This document shows, piece by piece, positions 37,521 through 51,426 of a stretch of DNA of 64,000 nucleotides (position 1 is the first letter of the stretch; every line of letters begins with the position of its first letter). Made by a program: the position numbers and the translations under genes. Source of the DNA: Octopus sinensis (taxonomy: Eukaryota); NCBI RefSeq assembly GCF_006345805.1, contig NC_043005.1, positions 86,924,001 to 86,988,000 of the forward strand. Direction: 5' to 3'. Below the pieces are notes generated by a model, which was not told where the DNA came from, did not search any database, and saw only the letters and a program-made list of their open reading frames with translations.

Positions 37521-38774
37521 CTATTGTGTGTTTCCTACTTATTGATGAAATATTTTGGTATTTTTAATTACAACGGAGCCTCACAAGCCCCCTTCCTTAT
37601 CTAAATAAATACCTGACTCTTCTCCAGAATCTAAGCTTTCAGGAATATTCTTCAATGCACGCGATTTTCCTGCAAACAATAAGACAAGAATATTTGCCAC
37701 GTTGGTGTCTCTCTCTTCAGAGGTCCTGTAGGGATCACATTTCCCAGATCAGGCTTTAAAAATACATGGTTCTCTTTGTTTCTCTTTCTTTCATTACGAG
37801 CAAACGCAATACCGCGCATATAAATGTGCACTCGCACTCTCTCTCCATCTCTTCTTCCCTCTCTCTCTCTGTCTCTCATATACATACACAGATACACGTA
37901 TATTTCAAGTGATATATCTCCCATACGTTATTCGTAGATCGATATAATCTTCTACCTGAAGTTGAAAACTTTTCTCACAACAGCTCATTACAGCATGTAC
38001 TAAAGTGGTCTCCTCCGTCAGAATTATATAAAGTAGTACAACCTTACATTTTTGGTGATACATTATTTACTTACCATGATTTATAACAAACTACAATGAG
38101 ACAACCACATGCAGCAGATTCAGAGCCACAGATACTCTGCTCAGGATCCACGAAGAAAGACGTTCAAAATATCACCCGATTCTAAAATGAAATATATGGC
38201 TTCCTTCACCATTGTAAACAGTCGGTCATTATGCAATCAAAGAAGTCACGTTGCACAAACTCGAAATTCGATTCGTGAGCACAGATGAATAAAATCCTTC
38301 AGTTCCTTATAAATTATATGCTTCGCAATATCACATGCCCACCAGGCCCAGTTGCACATCTACGTGCCCACACTGCACACTAAAGATTTATATCATCTGC
38401 AGGATCTTTTAATACATTAGTTCTAAACTTTTGCAGGAGCACATTGAAATATTATGGATAATATTTGAAACAGAGCTGGTGTTACGTCCTACGAAGTGTG
38501 TAGAGACTTTCCAAAAGTCACTCGGTTGATTAACAAAAAAGCAAAAATCGATAATTCGTCCATCAATATATTACATCTATTGAACCACAGACTAACTGTT
38601 CCGATCCATACGTCTTCCCTCCCATCACTCTTCCTAATCGACACTGGGTCAGGACTGGACGATATCAAGCCAGATACGGATATCAAGCAGATATCGATAA
38701 TGTAGATATGCAGCGTGAATATCATTCACAACATTTGAAACCCGTCAAGCAATACTTCCAAATTTTATACACAA

Positions 38775-39174
38775 CTAGCAGTATCGCCCGGGGTTGCTCG
38801 GGTTTGTAAGGGAAATAACTATATAAGCATTTTTAGAGATGTAAAGTATAATAGCCATCTCAATATGGCAAACCACAAAGGAGGGGGGTGTTACTGTAGC
38901 TTTTTACGTTCTGAGATTTAATAATAAATTTTTAGAGAGTTACTTCCCTTATATATATGCCAAAAATGCATTAAAAATGTGAAAAATTGATGGTAATTTT
39001 TTTTTAAATCGTAGACTCATCGTAGACACGCGCTAATACCCAGAAGGGCTCGATATGAATCACGACTATAAGATACCCGGTTTTGGTTAAACTGCACCGC
39101 AAAACGTGGGAGTAGTTAGGAATCTAAATCGTAGGAGACAGACACTCACACAACTTCACTTTTATATATAAAGA
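38775..39174 (-). mobile_element. Non-autonomous Helitron (400 bp)
   Basis: Minus strand: A|TCTTTATATATAAAAG.. ..CCCGAGCAACCCCGGG-CGATACTG-CTAG|T. This gives 5' TC, a subterminal GC hairpin, 3' CTAG, and an AT target without TSD. Confidence 0.8.
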
Positions 39175-39211
39175 TATTCTTCTTATGAATCTTTAATTAA
39201 ATATAACAACC

Positions 39212-39420
39212 TTTCATCTTTTACTTGTTTCAGTCATCTGACTGCAGCCATGCTTGGACACACCGCCTTTAGTAGAATGAATTAATCCCAGCAGTAGACT
39301 GGTACTTATTTTACCGTTTTCTTTAGCCAAACCGCTAAGAAATAGGGATGCAAACAAACCAACACCGGTTGTCAAACAGGGATGTAGGACAAATACAAGC
39401 ACGAATACAAACACACACAC
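39212..39420 (-). mobile_element. SINE-A 3' half
   Basis: cttttacttgtttcagtca..ctgcagccatgc is the reverse complement of the SINE-A tail. Confidence 0.75.
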
Positions 39421-39616
39421 AATATTTTATTATATTATATACATGTGTAAGCCGTTTAAGGGTCCATAAGTCAGAAAAAATTGCACTTATATATCTATCC
39501 GCAGAGTGCGTATAATACTCCTCGAGCAGACACCTGTAGAGTCGGATCTTGTGATAGGAGCATTCTATCCTCCGATAAGAATAAAAATCAGTATACAGTA
39601 AGTAACGACACATAAC

Positions 39617-39909
39617 GTGGCCTTCCGTCACTTTCGACGACGAGGGTTTCAGTTGATCCTATCAACAGAACAGCCTTCTCGTGAAATTACTGTGCAAGTA
39701 GTTGAGCACTCCACATTCACGTGTACCCCTAAGGTAGTTCTCGTGAAAGAGTACATCAGGGTTCGCCACCACCCAGTACCGGGGTCTCGTGTGTGGAGCT
39801 TTCGGTGTTTTCGCTTAATAAACACTCACAACGCCCAATCTGGGAATCGAAACCGCGATCCTACGAGCGCGAGTCCGCTGCCCAAACCATTGGGCCATTG
39901 CGCCTCCAC
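39617..39909 (-). mobile_element. Chimeric SINE: SINE-B head joined to SINE-C tail
   Basis: 39750-39909 matches SINE-B up to ccctg.tgtactctttc; 39617-39745 matches the SINE-C 3' part. Confidence 0.7.
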
Positions 39910-39924
39910 TACGACACATATACA

Positions 39925-41382
39925 CAGCAACTTAAAAACAGCATCACACAAACGTACAGGAGGGTAGCCTCTCAAGCTTATGGCAGCATTAACTATGTGG
40001 ACAAGAATATAGCGATTCAGCTAGGTATAGAGGAGAGGGTAGAAACACTTGAAAAGAAAAAGCCTTTATTACTCTCAAGGACCATAAACCAAACTTTGCT
40101 TGTAACCTCAAGTGCAGATTGATATACTCTGCAAATTCTGATTTCGGACAAGCGAGCAAAACGCTGATCAGGAAGATCAATAACGGCGTTAGAAGTGATC
40201 CTAGCCTTGTCCGTTGGCATAACACCAGCCAGGATGTAACATGATTTTATATCAATTGCGGAAGTGGTAGTTCGGTTCACTCCATTCTCTGTATTGAACC
40301 ATCTATATCGAAGGGGCTCCTTTTTAAGGCACTGGACTTCGCAATGTCCTACACTGAAGTTAGGGACGAGGGCATACATATTATCATGCACGCTAGAGGA
40401 ACTCTACTCTTTAGTAAGGCGTTGGCCTCGGCCAAACGAACGGACCCAGAAAGTTCCTTCGAGATGGTAATGAGGACATACGATCTTCATCCTAATTTTA
40501 CTCAAAAAGAAGTTTACTTCACCAAAATTTAGTCTCTACAAGGATGATGCACTGGCAATATCAAGAGGGGAAAATAGCCACACGCAACATAATGTTAGAA
40601 AGGACCTCACCACTCCCATGAATTCCTTCGGACTGAAGAAACCAAACAGTAAACGATAGAAACCAAACTGAAAACCGTGGATTTCTTTAATGTGACTCTG
40701 GACTTGGAGCCAAATGAGAAGACATCATCAATTAACACAGGTTCCTGTCATCCAGTTATAGTTTTCAAGAACCTGGCGAAGAGCGTCAGCAGAGGTATTT
40801 CCAAGTAATCCTCAAGTAAAGATATCTTTTATCCTGCCACCCTGCACCACATTGAGACTCTGACTTCCAGTGGTTTCAAGGATAGAATTATGTATATGCA
40901 AGGCCCTAACCCCTCAAAGAGAAGGCCTCACCAGAAAGTGTTGTGGTTCACACGACACTTCTTGTTAAGTGTTAAAAGCCGAGTAGTTTAGTAGAAAAGC
41001 ACTTCCCCCGTACAAATAGGTTCAGCAAAATATTTAATAGATGCACTCTGAAAATTTCCGGTAGCTGTGCACCTAATGTAGTAGGAAGGCCCACGTTTGA
41101 GACAGAGGCTGGATGCTCATGTGGTGGTAACACTACACCTCTATTGAACGGTCACTATAACAGGAAGACTGTCGTATACAACGCAGAGGTAACAACACTA
41201 GGACCAAATGGGCAACCAAATGAGTAGCCAAATGTGCGACAATACGTGGAAGCAACAAGTCCACCTTCAACATCTCGGAGAGACGTTACGCCAGAACTCT
41301 GGCCAAGCACGTATGGTCGTTGGAAGAAATTGCTGCCGAGCACAGCATGAAGTGGATGATTCTAGGAAAATGTAAAGCGCCT
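39925..41382 (+). mobile_element. Decayed Penelope-like element (RT plus GIY-YIG)
   Basis: Frameshifted pieces in PLE order: AFITLKDHKPNF..CRLI, IIMHAR..LLF, LYKDDAL, VDFFNVTLDL, KVLWF, KHFP..FSKIFNR..LKIS.SC, then KSTFN..TLAKHVWSL..MKWMIL. Confidence 0.85.
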
Positions 41383-41864
41383 ACATACATGCATACATAC
41401 ATACATATATTCTTACATACATACTGACATATATATAAGCTTGCATACATACATATATGCTTACATACATTCACACGTACATACGTAAATATGTACATCA
41501 TTATACAAGTGCACGTATTGCGTGTTGTAATGTTTTTGATAATGCGTGTAGGTAACGATTGTTAAAATAAGGGGAAATCTTATATCGAAATTCACGCGTG
41601 CACGCATGCACCCATACGCACACACAACATAACACGCATACATTTCTATTACCGGTAGTATCAACACAAAAACCATTACGTCCATCATCACCACCAATTA
41701 CAACAACAACTACAGCAACAGCAACGTGACCGTCACAACCACCTATATGAATAATATATATATCTATATGTATATATATATACACACGTGTGTGCATTAA
41801 AAGGGGGAAATTGATGCAAACATTGAAATAGCTTTAGCGTCAATATGTATACATATATATACAT

Positions 41865-41911
<47 letters not shown>

Positions 41912-41931
41912 TAATATATATACATATATAC

Positions 41932-42001
<70 letters not shown>

Positions 42002-42339
42002 CATATATATATGTATGTATATATATATGTGTATCTATATATATGTACATATATATATACATATATATATATATACTATATATATATATATTATATAATA
42101 TATATATATATATATACATATATATATTTATATATATATATATGTATATATTATATAAATATATATATACACACACACACACCAGATTGTTGGCACATGC
42201 ATAGGTTTGGAGGTTCGTGAAAATCATTTCATTTATATTCTTTGCCGCGTTATGTAATTACGCTTGGGAGTTGAGTTTATGAAAGTAAGACCAAATGTTA
42301 ATTTATTTCCCTCTCCTTCCTATTAACTCCTCCACCTTC

Positions 42340-42677
42340 AGCGAAACCCACATCACATCCCTTTCACTACCATCATCATCATCACGATCGCAATGATCAC
42401 GACGCTAACAGCGCAAATTGAGCGCCGCCGACACAACACCGCATGCCGTACCGCAACCTCCACCATTACTACCACCACCACCACCACCACCACTGCTGCC
42501 ATTACCACATGCACCACCACCAGCTCGGTATACAAATACCTCCTGCTTTATGCCATTTCATTAAAATAAAAAAAAAATGAAGGCTATATGCTAATATCGC
42601 ATTAGCCGTCATTTCCACCGACGATGACGTCGCCACAATACGTATCGTGATGATGACGAGAACGACAGCGATGATAA

Positions 42678-42711
<34 letters not shown>

Positions 42712-43132
42712 GGTGGTGGTGGTGATGACGATGACGACGGCATGATAATGGTGGTCTTGGTGATGATGAAGACGAGCAGCAACAGCTACAGCAGTGACAG
42801 CAGCAGCAGCAGTAGTAGTAGTAGTGTTAATAGTAGTAGGGGTAGTAGCAGTAGTAGTAGTAGTAGTGTGAGTGGTGGTGGTAATATTATAAGTAGTGAC
42901 GGTTGAAGTAGTAGTAGTAGTGATGGTGGTGGTGCTGGTAGTGGTGGTTGTGGTAGTGGTGGTGGTGGTTGTAGTAGTAGTAGTACTGGCGGTGTTGGTG
43001 CTGTGGTGGTTGTGGTGGTGGTGGAGGTAGTAGTAGCGGTAGTAGTATAGCAGCAGCAACAGCAACAGCAGCAGCTGTATTAATAGTAGTAGTAGTGTAG
43101 TAGTAGTAGTAGTTACTGTAGTAGTAGTTACT

Positions 43133-43166
<34 letters not shown>

Positions 43167-43193
43167 GTAGTAGTAGTAGTAGTAGTAGTTACT

Positions 43194-43230
<37 letters not shown>

Positions 43231-43254
43231 GTAGTAGTAGTAGTAGTAGTTACT

Positions 43255-43319
<65 letters not shown>

Positions 43320-43323
43320 TACT

Positions 43324-43361
<38 letters not shown>

Positions 43362-43486
43362 GTTGGTGGTGGTGGTGGTAGTGGTGGAGGTGGTGGCGGT
43401 AATAGTAGTAGTAGTAGTAGTAGTAGGTAGTAGTAGTAGTAGTAGTTGTAGTTGTAGTAGTAGTAGTAGTGGTGGTGGTGATGGTG

Positions 43487-43528
<42 letters not shown>

Positions 43529-43560
43529 ACAGCAGCAGCAGCAGCAACAGCAGCAACAAT
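42340..43560. repeat. Compound trinucleotide array (CAC/CAT, TGA/TGG, TAG, CAG)
   Basis: Directly visible; source of the poly-T/Y/L/V/S ORFs. Confidence 0.95.
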
Positions 43561-43783
43561 CCAGTGAAAGAGGTTAGGAAATAAGGTGAAAACGAACAAA
43601 AGCGACGGAGTAAAACATTTCTAGAAAATAACAAACGCTTCCCCGTTTCATATTTTCTGAATATTACCGAAATCCTATGAATGGTGCATTGTTGTGCTAA
43701 TCCGTTCCATCATGAGCACAAAATTACCACATATTCACTCGTACATATATACTTACATACATACATATATAAATACATGCATG

Positions 43784-43843
<60 letters not shown>

Positions 43844-43865
43844 CATATATATATGCATATATATA

Positions 43866-43912
<47 letters not shown>

Positions 43913-43950
43913 TACATACATATAATATATACATATATATGTATGTATGC

Positions 43951-44007
<57 letters not shown>

Positions 44008-44081
44008 TGTATATATATATATATGCATAGATATATATACATATATATATATATATATATGCATACATACATATATATATA

Positions 44082-44146
<65 letters not shown>

Positions 44147-45036
44147 TGTATGTATATTTGCATATGTGTGGGGAAAAGCTTTTCTTTTATCCATATTTCA
44201 TTAAGTACATGACGGTGTTCAAGATTTATCGTTCTTGTTTTATATATTTCTCATATTTTCTTATTTTCCTTTTAAGAGTTGATTTCGAACAGTATATCCG
44301 CCATTTCTAGACCTTCATAGTTTTATTATCAAGAAACGAACTGAATATATTTGCCGTATGTGTTGCTCCTTATACACTGATTGAATTCGTGTAGACTACA
44401 AACACGCATGCTCATACACGTGCGCGCACAAACACATTCACACGTTCACAGACGCATAAACTGATTTAGAAATTACAGAACTGTATATATGTACCCGCAT
44501 ATTCATGATGCTAAACTTCATCTGTACAAAGGTTTTCAACGCGAGCGCCGTTTTTAACATATCTATGATACAAATATGAAAGATCCAGCGTAACTCTACT
44601 CGCATTAAATAATTTTGCATAAACTACGCCATCATTTCACAAAACTAAATAGACAAAAAACACCCAATGTCACTATAAATGCCTCGCTTTCATTGCTACA
44701 GAGATCCACTACTACAGACATAGATGCAGAGTAACCGAAACCCACTCATGTATCCTGAGGTGTGTTTTGGCCGATTATCCCTTAGAATATTTGAGACACA
44801 TTCATTATGTCGTTTTGACTCTCTGTTAACTAATGATCTTCAATCCAAGCGATGAATTAAGGCAAGTAACTTCTCGTACTGATAGAGATACTGATGGAGA
44901 CATACTTGCTAGAATGTACACAATATGCAAATGAGATGTGGTGGAAATGTAATATCCTGCAGAAACGGAAGAAAACATGTTGAATAATATAGGAAAATGG
45001 AAAAAGTTGTAACGTCATCAGCATAATATATATATA

Positions 45037-45074
<38 letters not shown>

Positions 45075-45140
45075 TGAGAGAGATTGGGGAGAGAGACAGA
45101 TAGAAAAAGATAGATACATAGATATATAGACAGATAGATG

Positions 45141-45201
<61 letters not shown>

Positions 45202-45247
45202 GTAGGTAGGTAGGTAGGTAGGTAGGTAGGTAGGTAGGTAGGTAGAT

Positions 45248-45313
<66 letters not shown>

Positions 45314-45354
45314 CAGATAGAATCACAGACAGCCCGACAGAGAGATAGAGGCAC

Positions 45355-45480
45355 AGATAGATATATTTCTTTCTTGGCCACACAGGGTTGAACACAGAGG
45401 GGACAAAATTCAAAGTAGAGCTTTTCCTTTTGAGAAGAGAAGGAAAAGAAAGAAAAAAGAAAGCGGGTAGAAATTCGACC
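45355..45480 (-). mobile_element. Tx1/L1-like LINE extreme 3' end with (TATC)n tail
   Basis: Homologous to 6345-6420 (ggccacacaggg..cacag..gtagagcttttc.tttga). Confidence 0.6.
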
Positions 45481-45483
45481 AGA

Positions 45484-45920
45484 AAGCTCATAGCACAGAA
45501 TTCCTTTCAATCCCACCAGACGCAAAGCAAGATTTTTTAGGGTGAAAACCCGCTTTTGGGGTGACTAAGTGTGGCTCATGTCGCTTACTCCAGGATCGCT
45601 TTCTGTGAACATTTCGGTAGATAATCCATTCCTCATCACCAGTCACAATTTGCTTTAATAAAAGGCACGTTTTCATTCCGTTTATGCAGCGAATCACAGA
45701 TGCAAATGCGATCCAAAAGGTTCTTCTCACTCAACTCATGTGGTACCCAAACATCGTAGCGATTTGTGTACCCAAGCCTTACCAGGTGCTCATGAACGAC
45801 AGATTTTGATAGGTTGAGGTTTTCTGCCAATTCTCGGGTTGTGCAATGTGGGTTATTCTCGATTAATGACTTGATTTAGTCATCATCTGTAGTGGATGGC
45901 CTGTCTGATCGCTCTTTATC
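45484..45920 (-). pseudogene. Mariner transposase fragment
   Basis: RS.RP..DDD..K.LIE.NP..TTRELAENLN, WVPHEL, IVTGDE.WI.Y, KGIL.YEL; frameshifted. Confidence 0.88.
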
Positions 45921-46585
45921 AATAAAGCTTCAATCTCCAGCTCGGAACCGTGCGAACCACTTCCCTTCAGTTCTTTCACATAAAGAAATATCTGCTCATA
46001 TTTCTTTGGTTTCTTGCGAGGCATTTTCCCTTCACGGAAAAAGAAAATGGCGCCTGTGAACCTCATCTCATTGGCGAGTGCACCTCATCTCATTATTTGT
46101 CACTCTGACCCCCCAAACATTGTGGCCAAGTTAGTTGATAGTTTCATAAAAATTTCTGCCACATAAGGTCTGGCTATGATTTGTTTCTGCACTCTATGAT
46201 GTCACCGAAATGAGGGAGTGAAAAAACAAGTATTCGTTATGAACAAAATATTAAATGTTAAAGTGTGGATTTATATTTTTATTCAGCTGAAGGAAACGAT
46301 GTTTTATGGTGTAATTCATTTGTTCATCGTGAAAATACGCGTCTGAAACAGCTGTAGTGGAACGCATCACATCTGTATTTTTGTTTATTCTACATTACAC
46401 ATAGAACCCTTCCTCCGTTGTGTCCAGAGCTAAACGTAGACCGTAAAATCGCATACAGGAGAACGTGCGTATGGAATTTTAAAGATGGATGTGTATTTAT
46501 ATCGATGAGTATATTGATGTGCGAGGGTATGTAAATGGTAGGAAATGTGGGTATATACATTAATATACGTAAGTGTTTCTATATA

Positions 46586-46821
46586 GCTATTTCTTTACTA
46601 CCCACAAGGGGCTAAACACAGAGGGGACAAACAAGGAAAGACACACGGATTAAGTTGATTACATCGAACCCAGTGCGTAACTGGTACTTAATTTATCGAC
46701 CCCTAAATGATAAAAGGAAAAGTCGATCTCGACGGGATTTGAACTCAGAACGTAACGGCAGACGAAATACCGCGAAGTATTTCTCCCGGCATGCTAACAT
46801 TTCTGCCAGCTCGCCGCCTTG
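46586..46821 (-). mobile_element. SINE-D, full length with 14-bp TSD
   Basis: AGTGTTTCTATATA at 46572-46585 and again at 46822-46835. Confidence 0.92.
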
Positions 46822-47011
46822 AGTGTTTCTATATACCGATATGCTATTTTCGACAGTGAATTGGTGTCATTAAAATGCCTCGATTTAATTGCATCCTGCA
46901 AATAATCAATTAATTATGCATACGCACACATACACACACAGAAACATATATATATATTTCATCAATCGTACATGCACCAGGTGTAAAAGCACCTGAAAGT
47001 CTCTCCCTCTC

Positions 47012-47165
47012 TCTTAATATATATATATTAATATATAAAATCCGTTCTGTCTGTCTGTTTGTGCGCTTATAACTCGAGTATTCTTCATCCGATCGCACTG
47101 AAATTTTGAACGTGGATACATGAGAGAGTGAGGCGTTCTGTATTCTAAAAATATTTTCAAAATTG
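47012..47165 (+). mobile_element. Possible Helitron 5' terminal region
   Basis: TC..ATATATAAAA..CTGTCTGTCTGT..CCGATCGCACTGAAATTT resembles Helitron 5' ends; lies upstream of the RepHel remnant. Confidence 0.35.
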
Positions 47166-48195
47166 TTAGTTTCAAAGTGAGAATTGCTTTTTTTGTAATA
47201 TTTATGTCCTGTTTCTTCCGCCATTAAAACAACCAGTTGCTCAGACAGCCGGTACACACTATTTCGCTAGCAAGAAGAGGAGTACAGGATACCGTCTATA
47301 TGCTGTGTCTCTTTTTTCCTCTCACTGTGGGGTTAATAATCTTAATCTTTAGTTACAGTTTCTCATTCAAACTACATAATATGCAGAATTGTCGGATAAA
47401 GACAGTACGGTGTTTTGAGGGAGATTTGGCTGCTATTTCTACCAGGTCTAACGTTTGTATTGTTATGTGAGATACTGTCCTATATGTTATATATTCCTTG
47501 TTCCTTCCAAAACCGAGTTACAGATTTTGAAGTGTGGGGTATCAAAAGATTCAGTACTACTTTCAGTATTAATTTTCATTCACTTATATGTATTCCAAAA
47601 ATTTAGCATAATCTTTTCCATAAATCATCTTGCGGAAAAAATTTATACGATGACGTCACCTTTTCTATGTGTGTGTACCTTAAAAGACATGAATCATCAC
47701 GACATACTCTTTCACTCACTCACTCTGTCTCTCTTTCTCACCCTCTTACTCTCTCACATACACATGCACAAGCATGCATGCACGCAATCACACACACACA
47801 CACGTCTATTTCATATAGACGTACATACATCTTTCACTTTCTTTCTCTTTTCTGTTTGCTTTCTCTTCTTTCAATTTCAGCTCTCTTCAAATAATTTTTT
47901 TCGGATACAACTGCTTAAAAAAATAGGGATTAATGTATAATTTCTTTCTATGTTCATAATTCTTTCGTTTACAATATTGGAAAAAATATGCCAACAAAGA
48001 AAAGACAAACTCCCCAGACAGAAGTATAAAGCAAGGAGGATTGTAGAAAACTGAAAGTGTGTCTCTGAAGAGAGAAGCTAGATGAGATTTTCTCCATATC
48101 AGCAAATGCATGTTGCAGCACTTAATGCTGGATCATTAAATCAATGTTTTAATGATTAGACATAGGTCCAATAGAATAGCTCTCAGAAACAGACT

Positions 48196-48780
48196 ATGTC
48201 CAAATCCGTTCCCACAACTTCTGGGGCTGTTTTCAGATATGATGCAACCCATTCTTATAAAAATAATAGCTCTGTCCAAATTGGTGTGCTGAGCACAAAT
48301 TGTCTTTTCTGTAGAGCTTTCAAATTTTCAAATGAAACAAATGCTATGTGCTGCTCAGTCAGTCAGTTAATATTGCCAGCACTATCAGCTCCTTTTCAAC
48401 CTCTTATGAATCTTCTAGAAATCATGTCCATCCAGTCAAAGGATTTTCTGAACAATATCAAACAATATAACTCTGCAAATGACATCCATTGGTGCATCTA
48501 AGAAGATAGATAAACATGAATTTACGACGATGTCAAAGTTCAAGGCCACATCTATCACCTCATTGGTTCCCTGTTACCTGCAAATGAACAACCACAGTTC
48601 CTCCAAATTTGCTTTATGAGAAATGTAGGACAATAAACCCGAAGGACGTGTCAATATTTCAGATAATGGGTCGTGTTAGACACAGCGACGAATGTTGCAA
48701 AAGAGATTATATCCACTGACAGCCTCTCGGTGCGTTACAAAATCACATAACCCCCACAGGTCAAAAATACTCCAAACTGA
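48196..48780 (+). pseudogene. Helitron Rep/helicase N-terminal remnant
   Basis: FRYD..IG..C.FC.AFKF..E...CC..LP.L..P..PL..LL..SK.FL.NI..YNS, then frameshifted MTSIG..KVQGHIYHLIGSLLP..PQFLQI.F. Confidence 0.85.
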
Positions 48781-48937
48781 TACATAGCATGTTGCTTAGT
48801 CGAATTAGTAGCCCATCATTTACTCCAGAAATGTTTTCTTGTCAATGCAGCACTTTCCCATATCACCATATCACCTGTTTCAACCTAACTGTAATATATT
48901 GTATACAAACTATGTCATTTTAATCTCTTAGCTAGTA

Positions 48938-49069
48938 TATGGCTGTGTGGTAAGTAGTTTGCTAACCAACCACATGGTTACGGGTTCAGACCCACTACGT
49001 AGCAGCTTGGGCAAGCGTCTTCTACTGTCACCGCGGGCCGACCAAAGCCTTGTGAGTGGATTTAGTGTA

Positions 49070-49100
<31 letters not shown>

Positions 49101-49329
49101 AGGTGTGTCGGTGTGTGTATGTTTGAGTCTGTGTATGTATCTGTGTTTGTCCTCCCAACATTGCTCGACAACCGATGCCGGTGTGTTTACCTCCCTGTAA
49201 CTTAGTAGTGGCGTAAAAGACACCAATACAATAAGTACTAGTTTTACAAAGAACAAGTCCTAGGTTCGATTTACTCGACTGAAGATCACTTCTAGCATGG
49301 CCGCAGTGAAGTGACTGAAACAAATAAAA

Positions 49330-49333
<4 letters not shown>
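48938..49333 (+). mobile_element. SINE-A (internally deleted)
   Basis: Head and tail match 15414-15822. Confidence 0.85.
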
Positions 49334-49363
<30 letters not shown>

Positions 49364-49416
49364 GTAAGTATGTATGCATATTTCTGTGTATTATATATTT
49401 ACACACACACACACTC

Positions 49417-49453
<37 letters not shown>

Positions 49454-50108
49454 AGGACAGACAGACAGACAGACAGACAGAGATAGATAGATAGATATTT
49501 ATAACTTTTTTACTGAGTCGCAAAAGTCTTGTTTTATCATTAATGATATAAAAAAAAATTGATACAGTCTTTTAAAACCGTTAAGTTACATAGCTTTATA
49601 ATAAATGCATTGAAGTATACAATGTTTTCAACATTATCTCATTCAGCCTTTATGATACAAGGTCAATTTTATTTTCTCGAATCAAAGCAGAACCAGTAAT
49701 ATATTGGGGTCATTCAAACGATTCTATAGACCCAAAGTTAAAAGAAAAAAAAACCTAATCGTATCTCCAAATAAATTCTTTTTGAAAATACAAAACAGTT
49801 AAGTGAACTACAAAGTCTGTGTGTTTAATGGCTTATTCGGTGTCGTGATATAATTCAATGGCCAATGTGATTTAGATATATTATAATACTATTTGCGTCG
49901 ATAATATAATTTTGTAATCAAAGTGATAAATATAAAATTTATATGGCTTCCGTTAGGTTTACTAATATGATTATGTAGAATACTGATGTTTTGCACACAA
50001 AGCAAAAAACAGATAAAATAGCAACAGTATATAGACTTGTATAGAGTTTAAAATTAACATCAAACGGTCTTAAAAGAGAAACAGGTAAATGCATTATTGT
50101 TATCATCG

Positions 50109-50168
<60 letters not shown>

Positions 50169-50197
50169 CCATCATCTTCATCATCATTATTATCATT

Positions 50198-51333
50198 ATT
50201 TATTGTCTGTGCACAGTTTCTAACGAAGATGTACTACGGTGCCAGCTATGCGCTACCTGTGAACAAAGGTAACACCCATTATTTTTTTAGCACTATCAGG
50301 AGCATTCGAGCGGTTCCAAGCAGTACTGTTTTCTGCGAGTGCTCCACTCTTATTGCAGCCCCTATTTGTTCTATGTACTCCTCGAGATTTTTACTCACTG
50401 TTCCCAGGGCTCCAACAATTATTGGTACTACTGCCATCATTTTCAGCGACCACAACTGCTTTACCTTCCAATCTAACCTATCATATCTATCGACTTTTCT
50501 TTCTTCCTTATCGTATACCTTGCTATATCTATGATCCTGCATATCTTGTTTTCTTTTCTCAACCCTATGTCTCGTTTCCTATTCTCTATCTCATGGTCTC
50601 ATAAAATCCGATAGGATCTTTCCAATATCATTTTCTTCACCTGAAACTTTTCTGTCATTTCTTTCTCCATCAATTTATCCACTTCTAATACCCACAAGTA
50701 CTTATAGCCCGTCTCTTCTATCTGCTTCATAAACCCCCATCCCCCCGACAGTATCATTAGCCCGTCTATACATTTAATTTCGCCTCTCTTCAAGACTAAA
50801 ACATCATACTTTCTTTGTCCGAACTTCATTCTGATATGAGCGCTGAAGGTATACACCATATCAACGAGTGAACTGACTTGAGTTTCATCTTTACCATAAA
50901 TCTGGAGGTTATCCATGAATAACAAGCGGTTGGCATTTTGTTGACGGGTCTTGAATGTATACCCAAGATTTGTTTTCCCCAGAATCGGGTACAAGGATCA
51001 GTGGGGACAGGCACTCCCCTTGGTTGATGCCTCTCCTGATTTCTATTGTCCCTAAACTTCTTCCATAGGCTATTAGTTCCGCCCTCCACATCATCATACT
51101 TTTTCCAAGCGATCGCTCAACATACGATGCAATACCAAAGAGGTTCATACATTCTATAACCTAATTTCCCTCCTCTTGCAGTCTCTAAGTACAGTTTTTT
51201 TTCTAACAGGCGTTGATCCTTGGTACATCTGCATTTACGCTTGCAACTCTTTTGCTCATGTGGCAGGACTCCGTTTTTTCCGGATCTCCGCACATTGACC
51301 CTGCGACTATTCCAGTCAATAATTTCCACATGT
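50198..51333 (-). mobile_element. R4/Dong-type LINE, internally deleted, in (TAA)n
   Basis: LPHEQKSC..TKDQ.L, IRRGINQGECLSPL, LLFMDNL..Y, YKYL, then the RLE end VVPIIVGALGTV..VLLGTARML. Trinucleotide tracts on both sides. Confidence 0.85.
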
Positions 51334-51370
51334 TCTTCTTCTTCTTCTTCTTCTTCTTCTCTTCTTCTTC

Positions 51371-51423
<53 letters not shown>

Positions 51424-51426
<3 letters not shown>

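Noticed and set aside
39617-39660. SINE-C tail shared with RTE tails (16100-16140, 54160-54190)
   Set aside because: Only short matches (TGACGGA, GGA.GCC); not distinguishable from chance by eye.
42502-43634. Mucin-like poly-Thr/poly-Tyr ORFs
   Set aside because: Produced by (CTA)n/(CAC)n triplet arrays; open in several frames with no splice or codon evidence.
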